DNA of 64,000 nt from a virus: the IMG/VR virus record IMGVR_UViG_3300036792_000284, positions 32,001 to 96,000 of that record. One strand, written 5' to 3'. Shown here in pieces: positions 8,018 through 16,896 of the stretch (its first letter is position 1; every line of letters starts with the position of its first letter). The notes under the pieces are model-generated. The model was given only the letters and a program-made list of their open reading frames with translations, ran no database searches and was not told the DNA's origin. The translations under genes and the position numbers were made by a program.

Positions 8018-8700
8018 CAGAAGATGAAGGCGTTCACGCCGACGCCGGTCGGCACCGTACCGTTGGCGGCCACCGGGATGCCGTCCATCGGGCCGCCGGG
8101 GAACGCCGCCGGGGTGCCAGCAACCGAGCCGCCGTAAGGCACGTACCGGGCGCCGAGCAGCTGCAGCGCCTGGCCCGCACCGGAGCCGAGGCCCTGACCG
8201 TTGATGATGTTGGTCGTGTCGGTGCCGGACACCAGGTTGCCGTTGAGCATGCCGCGAACCACCATGTTGCCCTGCGCGTCGACCGGCACCTTGCCCGCCG
8301 GGCTGGCCGGGAACACGACAGTGCCGCCGGCTAGCGTGATGCCGTCCGGGTTCACGCCGTTGACGTTGCTGTTGTAGTTGGCCAGCGAGGCGGCGCCGGG
8401 GCCGCCGGTGTCGCGGGCATCACGCAGCACGCCGACCGGCAGAGCCCGGCCGTCGGTGGCGCCGCTGTTGTAGGAGAAGTACCTGCCCGATGCGGTGTGA
8501 CGCGCGATCACGCACCCGGTCGGGAGCACGCCCTGTCCGGCCGCCAGCGTGACACCCCGCTGGGTGAAGCCGGCGTAGGACAGCAGGAGTTCCTGAACGA
8601 CTTCAGCGTGGAACTCGTCGCCGTACGGCTGGCCGTACTCGTGGGTCGGCTTGACATACCCGGGGGTGTAGTCAAACTCGGTGCTGTCGTTGGCTGGCAT
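8017..8700 (-). CDS. Head decoration protein (lambda gpD-like)
   Basis: GVTLAAGQGVLPTGCVIARHTASGRY...DGRALPVGVL; position between scaffold and major capsid genes. Confidence 0.75.
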   Translation of the reverse strand: MPANDSTEFDYTPGYVKPTHEYGQPYGDEFHAEVVQELLLSYAGFTQRGVTLAAGQGVLPTGCVIARHTASGRYFSYNSGATDGRALPVGVLRDARDTGGPGAASLANYNSNVNGVNPDGITLAGGTVVFPASPAGKVPVDAQGNMVVRGMLNGNLVSGTDTTNIINGQGLGSGAGQALQLLGARYVPYGGSVAGTPAAFPGGPMDGIPVAANGTVPTGVGVNAFIF

Positions 8701-8730
8701 CTGCCGCGCTCCTCGTCGCTAAAAGCCCGG

Positions 8731-9852
8731 TTACTTCCGGGTACCGTTCGGCGTGAAGAACTGGCTGTGCTCCGCCGTCAGCTTGGCCACTTCGGCGTCG
8801 ATGTCCTGCTCGTGCTTCTGCTCGCCGTCGGGGCCGCCGATGCCCGTCTGGACCGAGAGCTGCACGTAAGGGCGGTCGGCGGGGGCGAGGATCGCATCCA
8901 GGCCCGCACGGTTGGACAGCGCCATCTCGATGCCGACTTCGCGGGTCTTGGGCAGCAGCCGCCCGGTGCTGATGTAGCCGTCCACCTCGGTCTCGGCAGC
9001 CGCGAGCTTCAGCTCGTCCACCGTCGAGTGCAGGCTCTTGTTGTCGGCGGCCAGCTCCACCACCGCGGCGGTGACGTCGGACAGGCTCACCTGGCCCGGG
9101 TCGGCGGACAGCTGGATCGCGCCCGAGTCCTTGAGCGCCTGCGCGACGGCGGTGGTCAGCGCGGTCATGTCCGGAGCGGGGACCACGGCAGCAGCAGAAG
9201 CCTGCAGAGCCGTAACATCGATCCCGTGCTGCTCCTTCAGCTGAGCGAGCAGCTCTTCCTTGGTAAGCGGCACGGTTTCCTCCGGCGCGGCAGTCAGTAC
9301 GACAACTTCGCCGGGATTATCGGCGGAGGCCGCGAGGACCTCCTTGTAGTCGTCCAGCCCGGTGACGTAGGGCCGGTTGGTGACCGCGACGTGCAGCAGG
9401 GTGGGGCCGGCCTTCTTGCCGGTGGAGCTGTCGGTGTAGTCCGTGCTCAGGTACGCGCTCGCGCCGAGGTAGGTCTTGCCGAACTTCTCCGCGTCCTGGC
9501 GCGCGTCGATGAGCGCGTACACCTTGTTGTCGCGCGAGCGGATGCCTACGACCTCACCGAGATTGGCGGCCGGGCCCTCAACATGCTCGTTGCGGTCGTT
9601 CGCGAGCGGGACCTGCACGATGTCGCACACGCCTTTGGCGAAGTTGTCCTGCATCTGCGACACGAAGCTGCTGTCGATGCGGATCTTCTCGCCGGTCTTC
9701 GGGTGAATGAGGTCACCCATGTTCAGGATGTGCTTCTCGTACAGCTTTCCCTGCACCCGGCGCGACCGCGCGAGAGCCACCGGGACGTCAGTCACCGGCT
9801 GGTAGGTGTCACCGCCGGGGGCCGGCACGATATAACGCAGGTCATCGCCCAT
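8731..9852 (-). CDS. Prohead protease-scaffold (Mu gpI-like)
   Basis: GPTLLHVAVTNRPYV protease motif; helical acidic C-terminal half. Confidence 0.75.
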   Translation of the reverse strand: MGDDLRYIVPAPGGDTYQPVTDVPVALARSRRVQGKLYEKHILNMGDLIHPKTGEKIRIDSSFVSQMQDNFAKGVCDIVQVPLANDRNEHVEGPAANLGEVVGIRSRDNKVYALIDARQDAEKFGKTYLGASAYLSTDYTDSSTGKKAGPTLLHVAVTNRPYVTGLDDYKEVLAASADNPGEVVVLTAAPEETVPLTKEELLAQLKEQHGIDVTALQASAAAVVPAPDMTALTTAVAQALKDSGAIQLSADPGQVSLSDVTAAVVELAADNKSLHSTVDELKLAAAETEVDGYISTGRLLPKTREVGIEMALSNRAGLDAILAPADRPYVQLSVQTGIGGPDGEQKHEQDIDAEVAKLTAEHSQFFTPNGTRK

Positions 9853-9860
9853 GGCCCCCT

Positions 9861-9866
9861 AATCGG
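9861..9866 (-). promoter_or_regulatory. CGAT-class late promoter candidate
   Basis: CCGATT-N8-ATG. Confidence 0.65.
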
Positions 9867-9867
9867 A

Positions 9868-10074
9868 TTAACGGGCCTCCGGGGCGAACGCCCTCACCAA
9901 GACCGCGGCCTCCACCAGCACCCGGGAGGCCTCCTCCGGGTTCGTCTCGGCCAGAGCGCGGCCCTCCCGCACCTTCTCCTCCGCCTCGGTCAGCCCGGCG
10001 TCGTGCAGGAACTGGGCCATCCTGTCAAGCTGCGCGAGCACCTCGCCGTCGGGGCGGGGCTCCTTGCTTCTCAC
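9868..10074 (-). CDS. Hypothetical protein
   Basis: GTGA coupling to the upstream small ORF. Confidence 0.6.
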   Translation of the reverse strand: MRSKEPRPDGEVLAQLDRMAQFLHDAGLTEAEEKVREGRALAETNPEEASRVLVEAAVLVRAFAPEAR

Positions 10075-10199
10075 GGCGTGACCTCCGGCTCCGGCGCAGG
10101 CGGGGGCTCCTCAGCAGGAGGGGTCTCCGCCTCCCCCTCGCCCGGCTCGGGCACGTCGCGGAACGCCCACTCCTCGCGGGTCACCCAGTCGCTGTCCAC
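10071..10199 (-). CDS. 42-aa acidic Pro-rich ORF (not in track)
   Basis: MDSDWVTREEWAFRDVPEPGEGEAETPPAEEPPPAPEPEVTP; CCGATT-N8-GTG start. Confidence 0.55.
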   Translation of the reverse strand: MDSDWVTREEWAFRDVPEPGEGEAETPPAEEPPPAPEPEVTP

Positions 10200-10205
10200 A
10201 TGCCG

Positions 10206-10442
10206 CTAATCGGGCTGGTACTCCGCCAGGCCCGGGATGCCGGCCAGCACCCCGGCCGCGTGCGCCAGGTCCTCCTCGCTACCGGAGACGGTCAGGCCGC
10301 CGTCGGTCATCGCCTTGGTGTCCAGCGGTCCGAAGACGTAGTTGACGTGACGGTTGGCCCGCGCGTGCTCGAATAGCGCGATAGCTGCCAGTGCGTAAGA
10401 GGCGGTCGTGTCCGCGAACCACTGGCTCGTCTTGTCAGCCAC
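10206..10442 (-). CDS. Hypothetical protein
   Basis: ORF track; overlaps the upstream stop. Confidence 0.6.
   Translation of the reverse strand: MADKTSQWFADTTASYALAAIALFEHARANRHVNYVFGPLDTKAMTDGGLTVSGSEEDLAHAAGVLAGIPGLAEYQPD
10208..10213 (-). promoter_or_regulatory. CGAT-class late promoter candidate
   Basis: CCGATT-N8-GTG. Confidence 0.55.
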
Positions 10443-11445
10443 CGCCCCCTGCCAGCCTCTTCAGGACCTGGTCCAGTTCGTAGACAGCCGCCTGCAGGAA
10501 AGCGAGGTCGGCCTCGTACTCGTCGGCGGGCATGTCCCGGATGTCGTCCGCCGACAGGAATCCTGCAGGCACTCCGGGGTCATCCCCCGCAGGTACTTCG
10601 GCAACGGTCCCGACCCGCACGATTTCGAGTCGGCAGTGGCAGAACGGGTGCAGCAGCGGGCCCTGGAGCCTTCCCCGGTACGGCCGGGGCGGCTGCGTGT
10701 AGATGATCCTAGCCCCTGCGGGCAGGCCGTACTTCCGCGTTCCGGCCGGCGTCGCCACGCGCCGCTCGCGGGACTGCGGCATCGCCACCGCGCTGCCCAG
10801 GTAGGGGGCGAACGACTCGCGCAGCCCGATCGTTACCCCGTGCAGCCGCCGACACCAGAAGCAGCAGGTCGGGCTCTCGACGCGCGCCTTCCACCGCTTC
10901 ATCAGGCGCTCGCCGGCGGCCTCGCGGGCCAGCGCGCCCTCCAGCACCGCGGCGGTGCGCCCGGCCGCCTGCGCCGTATGCGCGGCCATCCGGGCGCGCA
11001 GCGCGGCCTGGCGCCCCCAGCCGAGCAGGGCGTCCCGCACCGCGTCGGCCCGCTCCTCGGCCGCCCGCTGCGACGGGTGCTCGCCCGGGCTGTGGACCCC
11101 GCGGATGAACTGACGCTGCGGGACCGAGGCATGCGCGTGCCGGACTAGCCCGTGCAGGTGGGGGAGGTTCTCGAAGATGCGCCCGATGTCGTCCAGCAGG
11201 TGGCGCAGCACCGCGTCGTCGCCAGCCGGGGCACCCTCGGCGGACCAGGCCTGGCGGACTACGTCCTCGGTCGCCGCGCGTGCCTGGTCCAGGCCCTGCC
11301 GCAGCACCGCGTCGGTGTCCGGCCGGGCCAGCAGTGCGTCCGCCGACCCGAGCGGGTTGGTGCGGGTGACCAGCGCGAGGTAGCCGGCCGCCTCAGCCAT
11401 CGCCTGGCGGACGGCGGCAGCCAGTTGCTGACCGAGGTCCGCCAC
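10435..11445 (-). CDS. Head morphogenesis protein (Mu gpF / SPP1 gp7-like)
   Basis: CCFWCRRLHG and LHPFCHCRL motifs; start reassigned to GTG 11445 after CCGATT-N8. Confidence 0.7.
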   Translation of the reverse strand: MADLGQQLAAAVRQAMAEAAGYLALVTRTNPLGSADALLARPDTDAVLRQGLDQARAATEDVVRQAWSAEGAPAGDDAVLRHLLDDIGRIFENLPHLHGLVRHAHASVPQRQFIRGVHSPGEHPSQRAAEERADAVRDALLGWGRQAALRARMAAHTAQAAGRTAAVLEGALAREAAGERLMKRWKARVESPTCCFWCRRLHGVTIGLRESFAPYLGSAVAMPQSRERRVATPAGTRKYGLPAGARIIYTQPPRPYRGRLQGPLLHPFCHCRLEIVRVGTVAEVPAGDDPGVPAGFLSADDIRDMPADEYEADLAFLQAAVYELDQVLKRLAGGGG

Positions 11446-11453
11446 TGCCCGCC

Positions 11454-11459
11454 AATCGG
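11454..11459 (-). promoter_or_regulatory. CGAT-class late promoter candidate
   Basis: CCGATT-N8-GTG. Confidence 0.65.
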
Positions 11460-11693
11460 CTACCTGCCGAAGAGAATCCGCCGGGCTAGCCGGAGCCGGA
11501 AGCGGAAAGAGGTGCCGGCCGTGCAGACCCAGGCGATGCCGGCAGCCAGCTCGGCCTGGCCGTGCTCCGGGTGCAGCCGGGCCGCGGCCTCCAGGTAATC
11601 GCGCACCTCCCGCGCCCCTGCGTTCAGCCCCTCGTTCCTGGCATCGTCCTGTGCCAGCGCCCCGGCCAGCCACTCCGGCGACGGGCTAGGCAC
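11460..11693 (-). CDS. Hypothetical protein
   Basis: GTG 11693 overlaps the upstream stop; trimmed from the track ORF. Confidence 0.5.
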   Translation of the reverse strand: MPSPSPEWLAGALAQDDARNEGLNAGAREVRDYLEAAARLHPEHGQAELAAGIAWVCTAGTSFRFRLRLARRILFGR

Positions 11694-11940
11694 CGGGTGC
11701 CTGCTGTCCCGGCGGCGGAGCGAGCTGGAGGTGGGCGTAGGCCAGTCCGGAGATAGTGTCACCCGGAAATGATGCCAGGTGCTGGCCGAGCTGCGGGTAC
11801 ACGGCGGCGGGCCCCTTCGGGGCGGGGCGGGGCGGCTGCGGGCCGGGCGTCATCCCGGCGGCCAGCTCCACGGCCATGCCGGCGGCAATCTCCTCTACCA
11901 GGTCGCGGGCGAGCGCCACCATGGCGTCATGCGCGCTCAC
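11686..11940 (-). CDS. Hypothetical protein
   Basis: GTGA coupling to the portal stop. Confidence 0.55.
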   Translation of the reverse strand: MSAHDAMVALARDLVEEIAAGMAVELAAGMTPGPQPPRPAPKGPAAVYPQLGQHLASFPGDTISGLAYAHLQLAPPPGQQAPGA

Positions 11941-13551
11941 GACCCGCCCAGCCCGTTACCCTTGGTGGTCTGCCCGACGACGCTGCCGCCCGACGCCGAG
12001 GTGCCGGTGCCGGTCGGGTGAGCGGTGGTGGGGATCTTGACGGTGATGGCGGGCGGCTGGGCGCCGCCGGAGCCCCGGCCCGCGCCCTGCACCTGGGCCG
12101 GGTTCGCCGCGGCGGCCTGCGCCTGCTTCTGGGCGGCCTGCTGCATGACCTGCGCCTGCTTCTCCCGGTCGGCCTCGACCTGGTCGTAGTCGATGTCGAA
12201 CCCGAAGTTCTGAGCCATCCGCGATTCCAGGTGCAGCATGAACTCGGGGGTGACGTTCGCCTGCGGGCCGGCGGTCGCCAGCTTGTCGAACGTGTCCTGG
12301 ATGGCGGCCTTGGCCTCCTCGGTCAGCGGGCCCCACTTGAACTGCGGGTACTTGCCGGAGCCGAAATTCCAGTCGACGAACCGCGGGAAGATGTGGTCGT
12401 TGATGACCTGCGCCATCTCCTCCAGGATGCCCTCAAGCATCAGGAAGAACGTGACGTCGTCCTGCTTGCCGAAGTCGACCAGGGTGCTGTCCCCCTGGCC
12501 GCCGCCCTGCTCGTTGTCGAACCACTGCGCAAGCACCGACTTGGACATCTGGCTGTTGTGGTGGTTGATCAGGCCGAGGAAGTCAAAGCGCGACGCGGAC
12601 TCATTCAACGTCTGCACCGTCCAGTCGGCGGTGGGCAGCGCGATGTACTGGGCGAGCCCGAGCTGGCTCAGCGCCCTGACGAAGTTGTTCTTGTCCTGCG
12701 TGGGGGCGTTCGGCACCATCGTGCCCACCCGCAGGCCGACCGCGGCCCTTTGCGCAGCCAGGTGGGCGATGTAGTAGAGCTTCTCCTTCTTGTCGTAGTG
12801 GTAGAACGCCGACTCGAACATGGACACGCCGTAGAACGGCCTTTCGGCCTCCTCGTGCGCGTAGTACAGCGCGGTTTCCTTCTCGATCTTGACGTCGATG
12901 GTGCGGCCCTGGAAGAAGGTCCTCTGCCGGAAGCCGTTGAACTCGCCCTGGCCGTCGAGCAGGAACGTGAGGGTCTCGCTCGGGCGCCAGTCGATCTTGC
13001 GCAACGTGTACTTGCCCTTGTTCGGCCCGGTCTTCGGCTGCCAGTAGACCATCTCCCAGGCGCTGAACCCGTTGAACAAGGCCAGCAGCATCTGCTTGAC
13101 GAACTTGTCGAAGCTGTGGGTCATGCCGCCCTGCGACCGCGGGGCGAACAGCAGGTCCTTGCAGAACTGCGCTTCCTTGGTGCCGCCGGCCTGGCCGTCG
13201 ATGGGCACCACGTCGGCGTTCTTCATCGCGGACAGCAGCGGCTTGGTCAGCAGCCGGTACAGCGCCCGGGCCTGGCCGTCGCGCCGTCGCATGGTGACCA
13301 GCTGGCGGATGCTGACCGGGTCGTCACGGAAGACTTCCCACGAGTCGCGGTACGGGGTCGCGAACGGCAGGAAGTACGGGACACCCGTGGCAAAGCTGAG
13401 TGCTTCCGGGGGCGGCTGCGGCAGCGCCTGCTCATCCTGGAGGACGTAGCCCTCCTGGCCGTAACCCTGCGTGGTCTAAGGTGACGCCCATTCCTCCGGG
13501 CGGCTGCACGCTAGCGGTGTACGAACCTTGTCCCGAACCTGGGGTCGTCAT
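11937..13551 (-). CDS. Portal protein (DUF935 / Mu gp29-like), interrupted by a +1 frameshift within 13435-13475
   Basis: MRRRDGQARALYRLL...YYAHEEAERPFYGVSMF...NFG portal-like sequence. The frame stays open 61 codons upstream of ATG 13292 with no start codon; the ATG with an AGGAGGTG RBS at 13551 is in another frame. Confidence 0.8.
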
Positions 13552-13586
13552 TCGGCATCACCTCCTCGCAGACAGGAGGCGGTGCC

Positions 13587-14351
13587 TCAGAGCTGCATGA
13601 CATCTCCCGTCTGATCGGAGGCAAGTTGCGCGGCTACCGCGGCAGGCAGTTCTTCCCAGGCGTGCTCTGGACGCTTAAAGTGACACGACTCGCACAACGT
13701 CACCAGCCAGCGCAGATCGTTCACCGGCCGGAACCGGAACGGGATGATGTGGTGGACGTGCAGCTTCTGCGCCGAGAAGTCAGTTAGCCCGCAGTCCTGG
13801 CAGGTATAGCCGTCGCGTTCAAGCGCCTGGCCCCGGACCTCCAGCCAGTCGCTGCCTCGGTAGGTGGGTGCGTAGTTGCCTGCGCACCAGCGCCAGTGCT
13901 GCGCTCCGCGCTGAGCCCCGCGCACAATTCCCCGCAGCGAGGCCTCGCTGTAGACGGAACCGAGCTTCTTTCCCGTGCGCCGGGCCACTTCCACCAGCGG
14001 CAGAGACGTATCCCGCAAGAGGGCAAGCTCTTCCTCAGACCAGCCAGGACGGCGCACCACACCATGCCGGGACGCCATGGCCTTGACTGCATCCGGCGTC
14101 CTGCTCGTAGTCCGAGCCACCTCGGCAATGGACAGCGATACATCGCGCAGCAGCTCCAACTCGGCATCGGTCCACGGATTGTCGTCTCCGCGCTTCAGCC
14201 CTACTCCGACCCGAAACGAGCGATCGATGCCCAACCGGATAGCCTTGTGCTCCACCGCCACCAACGAACGCCCGGTCCGCTCGGCGACCTCGGCCAGCGT
14301 CAGTGACGTGTCCCGCAGCAGGGCCAGCTCGTCTTCAGCCCAGCGCGACAC
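13587..14351 (-). CDS. HNH endonuclease with three N-terminal W-x-EEELALLRD helical repeats
   Basis: CQDCG...LHVHHIIPF...NDL...LVTLCESCH. Confidence 0.85.
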   Translation of the reverse strand: MSRWAEDELALLRDTSLTLAEVAERTGRSLVAVEHKAIRLGIDRSFRVGVGLKRGDDNPWTDAELELLRDVSLSIAEVARTTSRTPDAVKAMASRHGVVRRPGWSEEELALLRDTSLPLVEVARRTGKKLGSVYSEASLRGIVRGAQRGAQHWRWCAGNYAPTYRGSDWLEVRGQALERDGYTCQDCGLTDFSAQKLHVHHIIPFRFRPVNDLRWLVTLCESCHFKRPEHAWEELPAAVAAQLASDQTGDVMQL

Positions 14352-14568
14352 GGACCAGTTCCAGCTTGCGCTCCGCCTCGCGAGCCCGCCGCTCCCAGTC
14401 CTCGCCGCCAACGGCCAGGTCCTGCTGCGCGGCAGTACTAATCAGGCCACGGAGGAAGTCCAGCGGCGGCGTTTCCCCGCGCATCCTCTCAATGGCCGCG
14501 AGCATGTCATCGCTGACCTTGAGGCCGATGAGGTTACGGTAACTACCAGGCTCCAGGTTTCTTGTCAC
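14335..14568 (-). CDS. Small putative DNA-binding (RHH-like) protein
   Basis: LIGLKVSDDMLAAIERMR; leaderless GTG 6 nt after a TATACT -10. Confidence 0.55.
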   Translation of the reverse strand: MTRNLEPGSYRNLIGLKVSDDMLAAIERMRGETPPLDFLRGLISTAAQQDLAVGGEDWERRAREAERKLELVRVALG

Positions 14569-14574
14569 CAGTCA

Positions 14575-14603
14575 AGTATAACGGATAACCGGAAACCTGT
14601 AAA
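14575..14603 (-). promoter_or_regulatory. Sigma-A-type promoter
   Basis: TTTACA-N17-TATACT. Confidence 0.75.
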
Positions 14604-14613
14604 CCTAAAGAGG

Positions 14614-14997
14614 TTACTTCCCGGCGCGGCGCTGGGCGGCGGCCTTGTCCTGGCCCTCGCCCTTGCCGGCGTCCTCGCCCTGGCCGGGATCGAGGTCCTC
14701 GCCGGCGTCGCCCTTGCCCTGCCCGGCCCTGCCGCGGCGGGCCGACTCCACAGGCGCGTCGATCATGCCGGCCAGGTTGCCTGCGGCGACGAACAGGTGC
14801 CGCCCGTCGGGGAGCAGCAACTGCACCCCGATCAGGTTGCCAGCCTCGGCCGCGATGGTCACGTCATTGCTCGGCACGGTGACCTCGCCGACGCCGCCGA
14901 CCGGCTGCACGAGGGTGACGACGACGTCGCCCTGCTGTGCGCCGGGCGCGTTGCCAGCCGCGGCCATGAACTGGTGCCACATCCCCTGAAGGTGCAT
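14614..14997 (-). CDS. Hypothetical protein
   Basis: ATG 14997 follows CCGATT-N8. Confidence 0.6.
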   Translation of the reverse strand: MHLQGMWHQFMAAAGNAPGAQQGDVVVTLVQPVGGVGEVTVPSNDVTIAAEAGNLIGVQLLLPDGRHLFVAAGNLAGMIDAPVESARRGRAGQGKGDAGEDLDPGQGEDAGKGEGQDKAAAQRRAGK

Positions 14998-15005
14998 GCC
15001 GGGGC

Positions 15006-15011
15006 AATCGG
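15006..15011 (-). promoter_or_regulatory. CGAT-class late promoter candidate
   Basis: CCGATT-N8-ATG. Confidence 0.65.
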
Positions 15012-15051
15012 AAAAGCGCGCAGCCCCCGGCGTCACTGCCGGGGGCTGCGC
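15012..15051 (-). terminator. Intrinsic terminator
   Basis: 14-bp perfect inverted repeat gcgcagcccccggc / gccgggggctgcgc followed by TTTT. Confidence 0.85.
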
Positions 15052-15082
15052 AGGTGGAGCTATTCAGTTGTCACCAGGCTGG

Positions 15083-16027
15083 CTACGGGGTGGGCTGGTT
15101 GCTCACGAAGAAGACGTAGCCGGTGTGCGTGCCGATGATCTGGCGGTTGCTGCCCTGGCCGGTGACCGGCGTGTAGAGCACGGTGTAGCCGTGGTTCGGC
15201 AGCAGGCCGGAGTAGACGCCCGTGTTCTCCACGCCGCCACCCTGGCCGTGCACCCACCCCTGGTGGCCATTGATGGCACCAGGACCGACGATGACGAACT
15301 TGTCCCAAGCGGTGAGGGTCTGCTTGTAGCTGACGTTCTCGCGCGTCGCCGCGACGAAGACGGCGTGACCACCGTAGAGGACCGGCACCGGGCAGATGCG
15401 CCCGGTGATGTTCCCGTCAGCAGCCAGGTTGCCGTCGCCGTTGATGGCGCTGTCAGTCCAGCTTTCGCACGCGGTCGCGTACGTCCAGCTCCAGACCTGG
15501 TTCTCCGTCACCACGGCGAGCGCCGGGTTGGCGAAGACCTGAGCGGGCCACTGGGCCGTCGTGTTGTTGCCAGCCGGGGCAGCGAAGTTGTCGTTCTCGA
15601 CCACGGGCCCGGCCGGCGCGACCAGGTTGTCAGTGCTCGGCGCGACCACGGTGTAGGAGATGCCGCCACTCATGGTGCCCTTGACCGCGTGGGCGACCAG
15701 CGCCCCGGCCGTGACCTGGTTCGGGGTCTTGGTGCCCTGGACAGAGCTGAACCCGCCGTTGTCAACCACGGTGGCGACGTAGTCCGTCTTCCCGGCAGCA
15801 GCGTCGGCCGGATTCTGGGTGGCCGCCACAGCGACGGTCAGCGTGCGCGTGAAGCTGTCGTACGCCCACGTGCCGCCGTTCCCGCCGTCGGGGCGGTTCA
15901 CGATGTGCGTGACCTGGGTGACCGTGGTCGGGGTCGCGGCGCTGGCAGCGCTCATGGCAGCCACACCGCCGCCCAGAGCCACTGCGGATACAGCCGCGGC
16001 GGTAATAAGCCGCCTGCCAAACCTCAT
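15083..16027 (-). CDS. Secreted protein with a signal peptide
   Basis: AGGAGGA RBS; MRFGRRLITAAAVSAVALGGGVAAMSAASA/ATP has n-, h- and AxA c-regions. Confidence 0.75.
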   Translation of the reverse strand: MRFGRRLITAAAVSAVALGGGVAAMSAASAATPTTVTQVTHIVNRPDGGNGGTWAYDSFTRTLTVAVAATQNPADAAAGKTDYVATVVDNGGFSSVQGTKTPNQVTAGALVAHAVKGTMSGGISYTVVAPSTDNLVAPAGPVVENDNFAAPAGNNTTAQWPAQVFANPALAVVTENQVWSWTYATACESWTDSAINGDGNLAADGNITGRICPVPVLYGGHAVFVAATRENVSYKQTLTAWDKFVIVGPGAINGHQGWVHGQGGGVENTGVYSGLLPNHGYTVLYTPVTGQGSNRQIIGTHTGYVFFVSNQPTP

Positions 16028-16136
16028 ATGCAATCCTCCTGTTACGAGCCCCTGTGCTTGTCACGAGGCAACTGACAACTATTACGTACCAGGAAGATCA
16101 GCAGGGCGGTTTTCCCCTAAAACGTGGCCGGAACGC

Positions 16137-16170
16137 AAAAGCCCCGCCAGTCCCGGAGGGACGGCGGGGG
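16137..16170 (-). terminator. Terminator closing the tRNA array
   Basis: CCCCGCC-GTCCC/GGGAC-T-GGCGGGG hairpin followed by CTTTT. Confidence 0.75.
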
Positions 16171-16211
16171 GTAGTAGGTCCAGCTTAGTACGAAGTTGTG
16201 CAGATATGCTG

Positions 16212-16227
16212 CCACAGCGTGAGCATC
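16212..16227. repeat. Long-range inverted repeat, arm near the 3' end of the tRNA array
   Basis: ccacagcgtgagcatc, exact reverse complement of 21277-21292. Confidence 0.9.
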
Positions 16228-16233
16228 TTCGAG

Positions 16234-16306
16234 TGGCCTCGGCTGGACTCGAACCAGCGACCCACGCCTTAGGAGGACGCGGCTCTATCCACTGAGCTAC
16301 GGGGCC
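16234..16306 (-). tRNA. tRNA-Arg(CCT)
   Basis: Cloverleaf; GCGTC-CT CCT AA-GGCGT. Confidence 0.93.
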
Positions 16307-16307
16307 C

Positions 16308-16383
16308 TGGAGGCGGAAACCGGAATCGAACCGGTGTGCGTCGCTTTGCAGGCGACTGCATATCCAGACTCTGCCATACCGCC
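16308..16383 (-). tRNA. tRNA-Cys(GCA)
   Basis: GTCGC-CT GCA AA-GCGAC; CCA encoded. Confidence 0.95.
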
Positions 16384-16384
16384 G

Positions 16385-16461
16385 TGGTGCGCTCGGAGGG
16401 ACTCGAACCCCCGACCCCTGGTTCCGGAAACCAGTGCTCTATTCCACTGAGCTACGGGCGC
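16385..16461 (-). tRNA. tRNA-Arg(CCG)
   Basis: CTGGT-TT CCG GA-ACCAG; CCA encoded. Confidence 0.95.
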
Positions 16462-16462
16462 T

Positions 16463-16546
16463 TGGTGACGGACGCAGGAATCGAACCTGCCGTGCCGAAG
16501 CAGCCGGGTTACAGCCGGCCCCCATGCCATCTCGGGTCACTCCGCC
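16463..16546 (-). tRNA. tRNA-Tyr(GTA)
   Basis: GCCGG-CT GTA AC-CCGGC; long variable arm. Confidence 0.93.
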
Positions 16547-16547
16547 T

Positions 16548-16622
16548 TGGGGTTGGTAACGAGAATCGAACTCGTATATCTGGAGCCACAGTCCAGCGCT
16601 CTGCCGTTGAGCTATACCGACC
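16548..16622 (-). tRNA. tRNA-His(GTG)
   Basis: CTGGA-CT GTG GC-TCCAG; G-1:C73. Confidence 0.93.
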
Positions 16623-16623
16623 G

Positions 16624-16695
16624 TGGGCGATGCTGGGATCGAACCAGCGACAACTGGTGTGTGAGACCAGCGCTCTTCCGCTGAGCTAAACGCCC
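16624..16695 (-). tRNA. tRNA-Val(CAC)
   Basis: CTGGT-CT CAC AC-ACCAG. Confidence 0.93.
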
Positions 16696-16706
16696 TCGTA
16701 CTTGCG

Positions 16707-16779
16707 TGCCCCCCGGGAGACTCGAACTCCCACCCTCCTGATCCGTAGTCAGACGCGCTATCCGTTGCGCTAGAGGGGC
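16707..16779 (-). tRNA. tRNA-Arg(ACG)
   Basis: TCTGA-CT ACG GA-TCAGG. Confidence 0.93.
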
Positions 16780-16783
16780 AAAG

Positions 16784-16855
16784 TGGGCGTACCTGGGGTT
16801 GAACCAGGGTCCTCTTCCGTGTCGGGGAAGCGCGCTTCCGCTGCGCTACACGCCC
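16784..16855 (-). tRNA. tRNA-Val(GAC), C33
   Basis: CTTCC-CC GAC AC-GGAAG. Confidence 0.9.
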
Positions 16856-16860
16856 ATCGC

Positions 16861-16888
16861 TAGACAGTGGTCAAGAAACAGGTACCGT
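16861..16888 (+). promoter_or_regulatory. Sigma-A-type promoter antisense to the tRNA array
   Basis: TAGACA-N16-TACCGT, 8 nt before GTG 16897. Confidence 0.55.
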
Positions 16889-16896
16889 TTAATCAC

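Noticed and set aside
13492-14568. Group I intron explaining the portal's missing start
   Set aside because: No recognisable P/Q/R/S core; a strong RBS and ATG lie directly upstream at 13551; the HNH looks free-standing.
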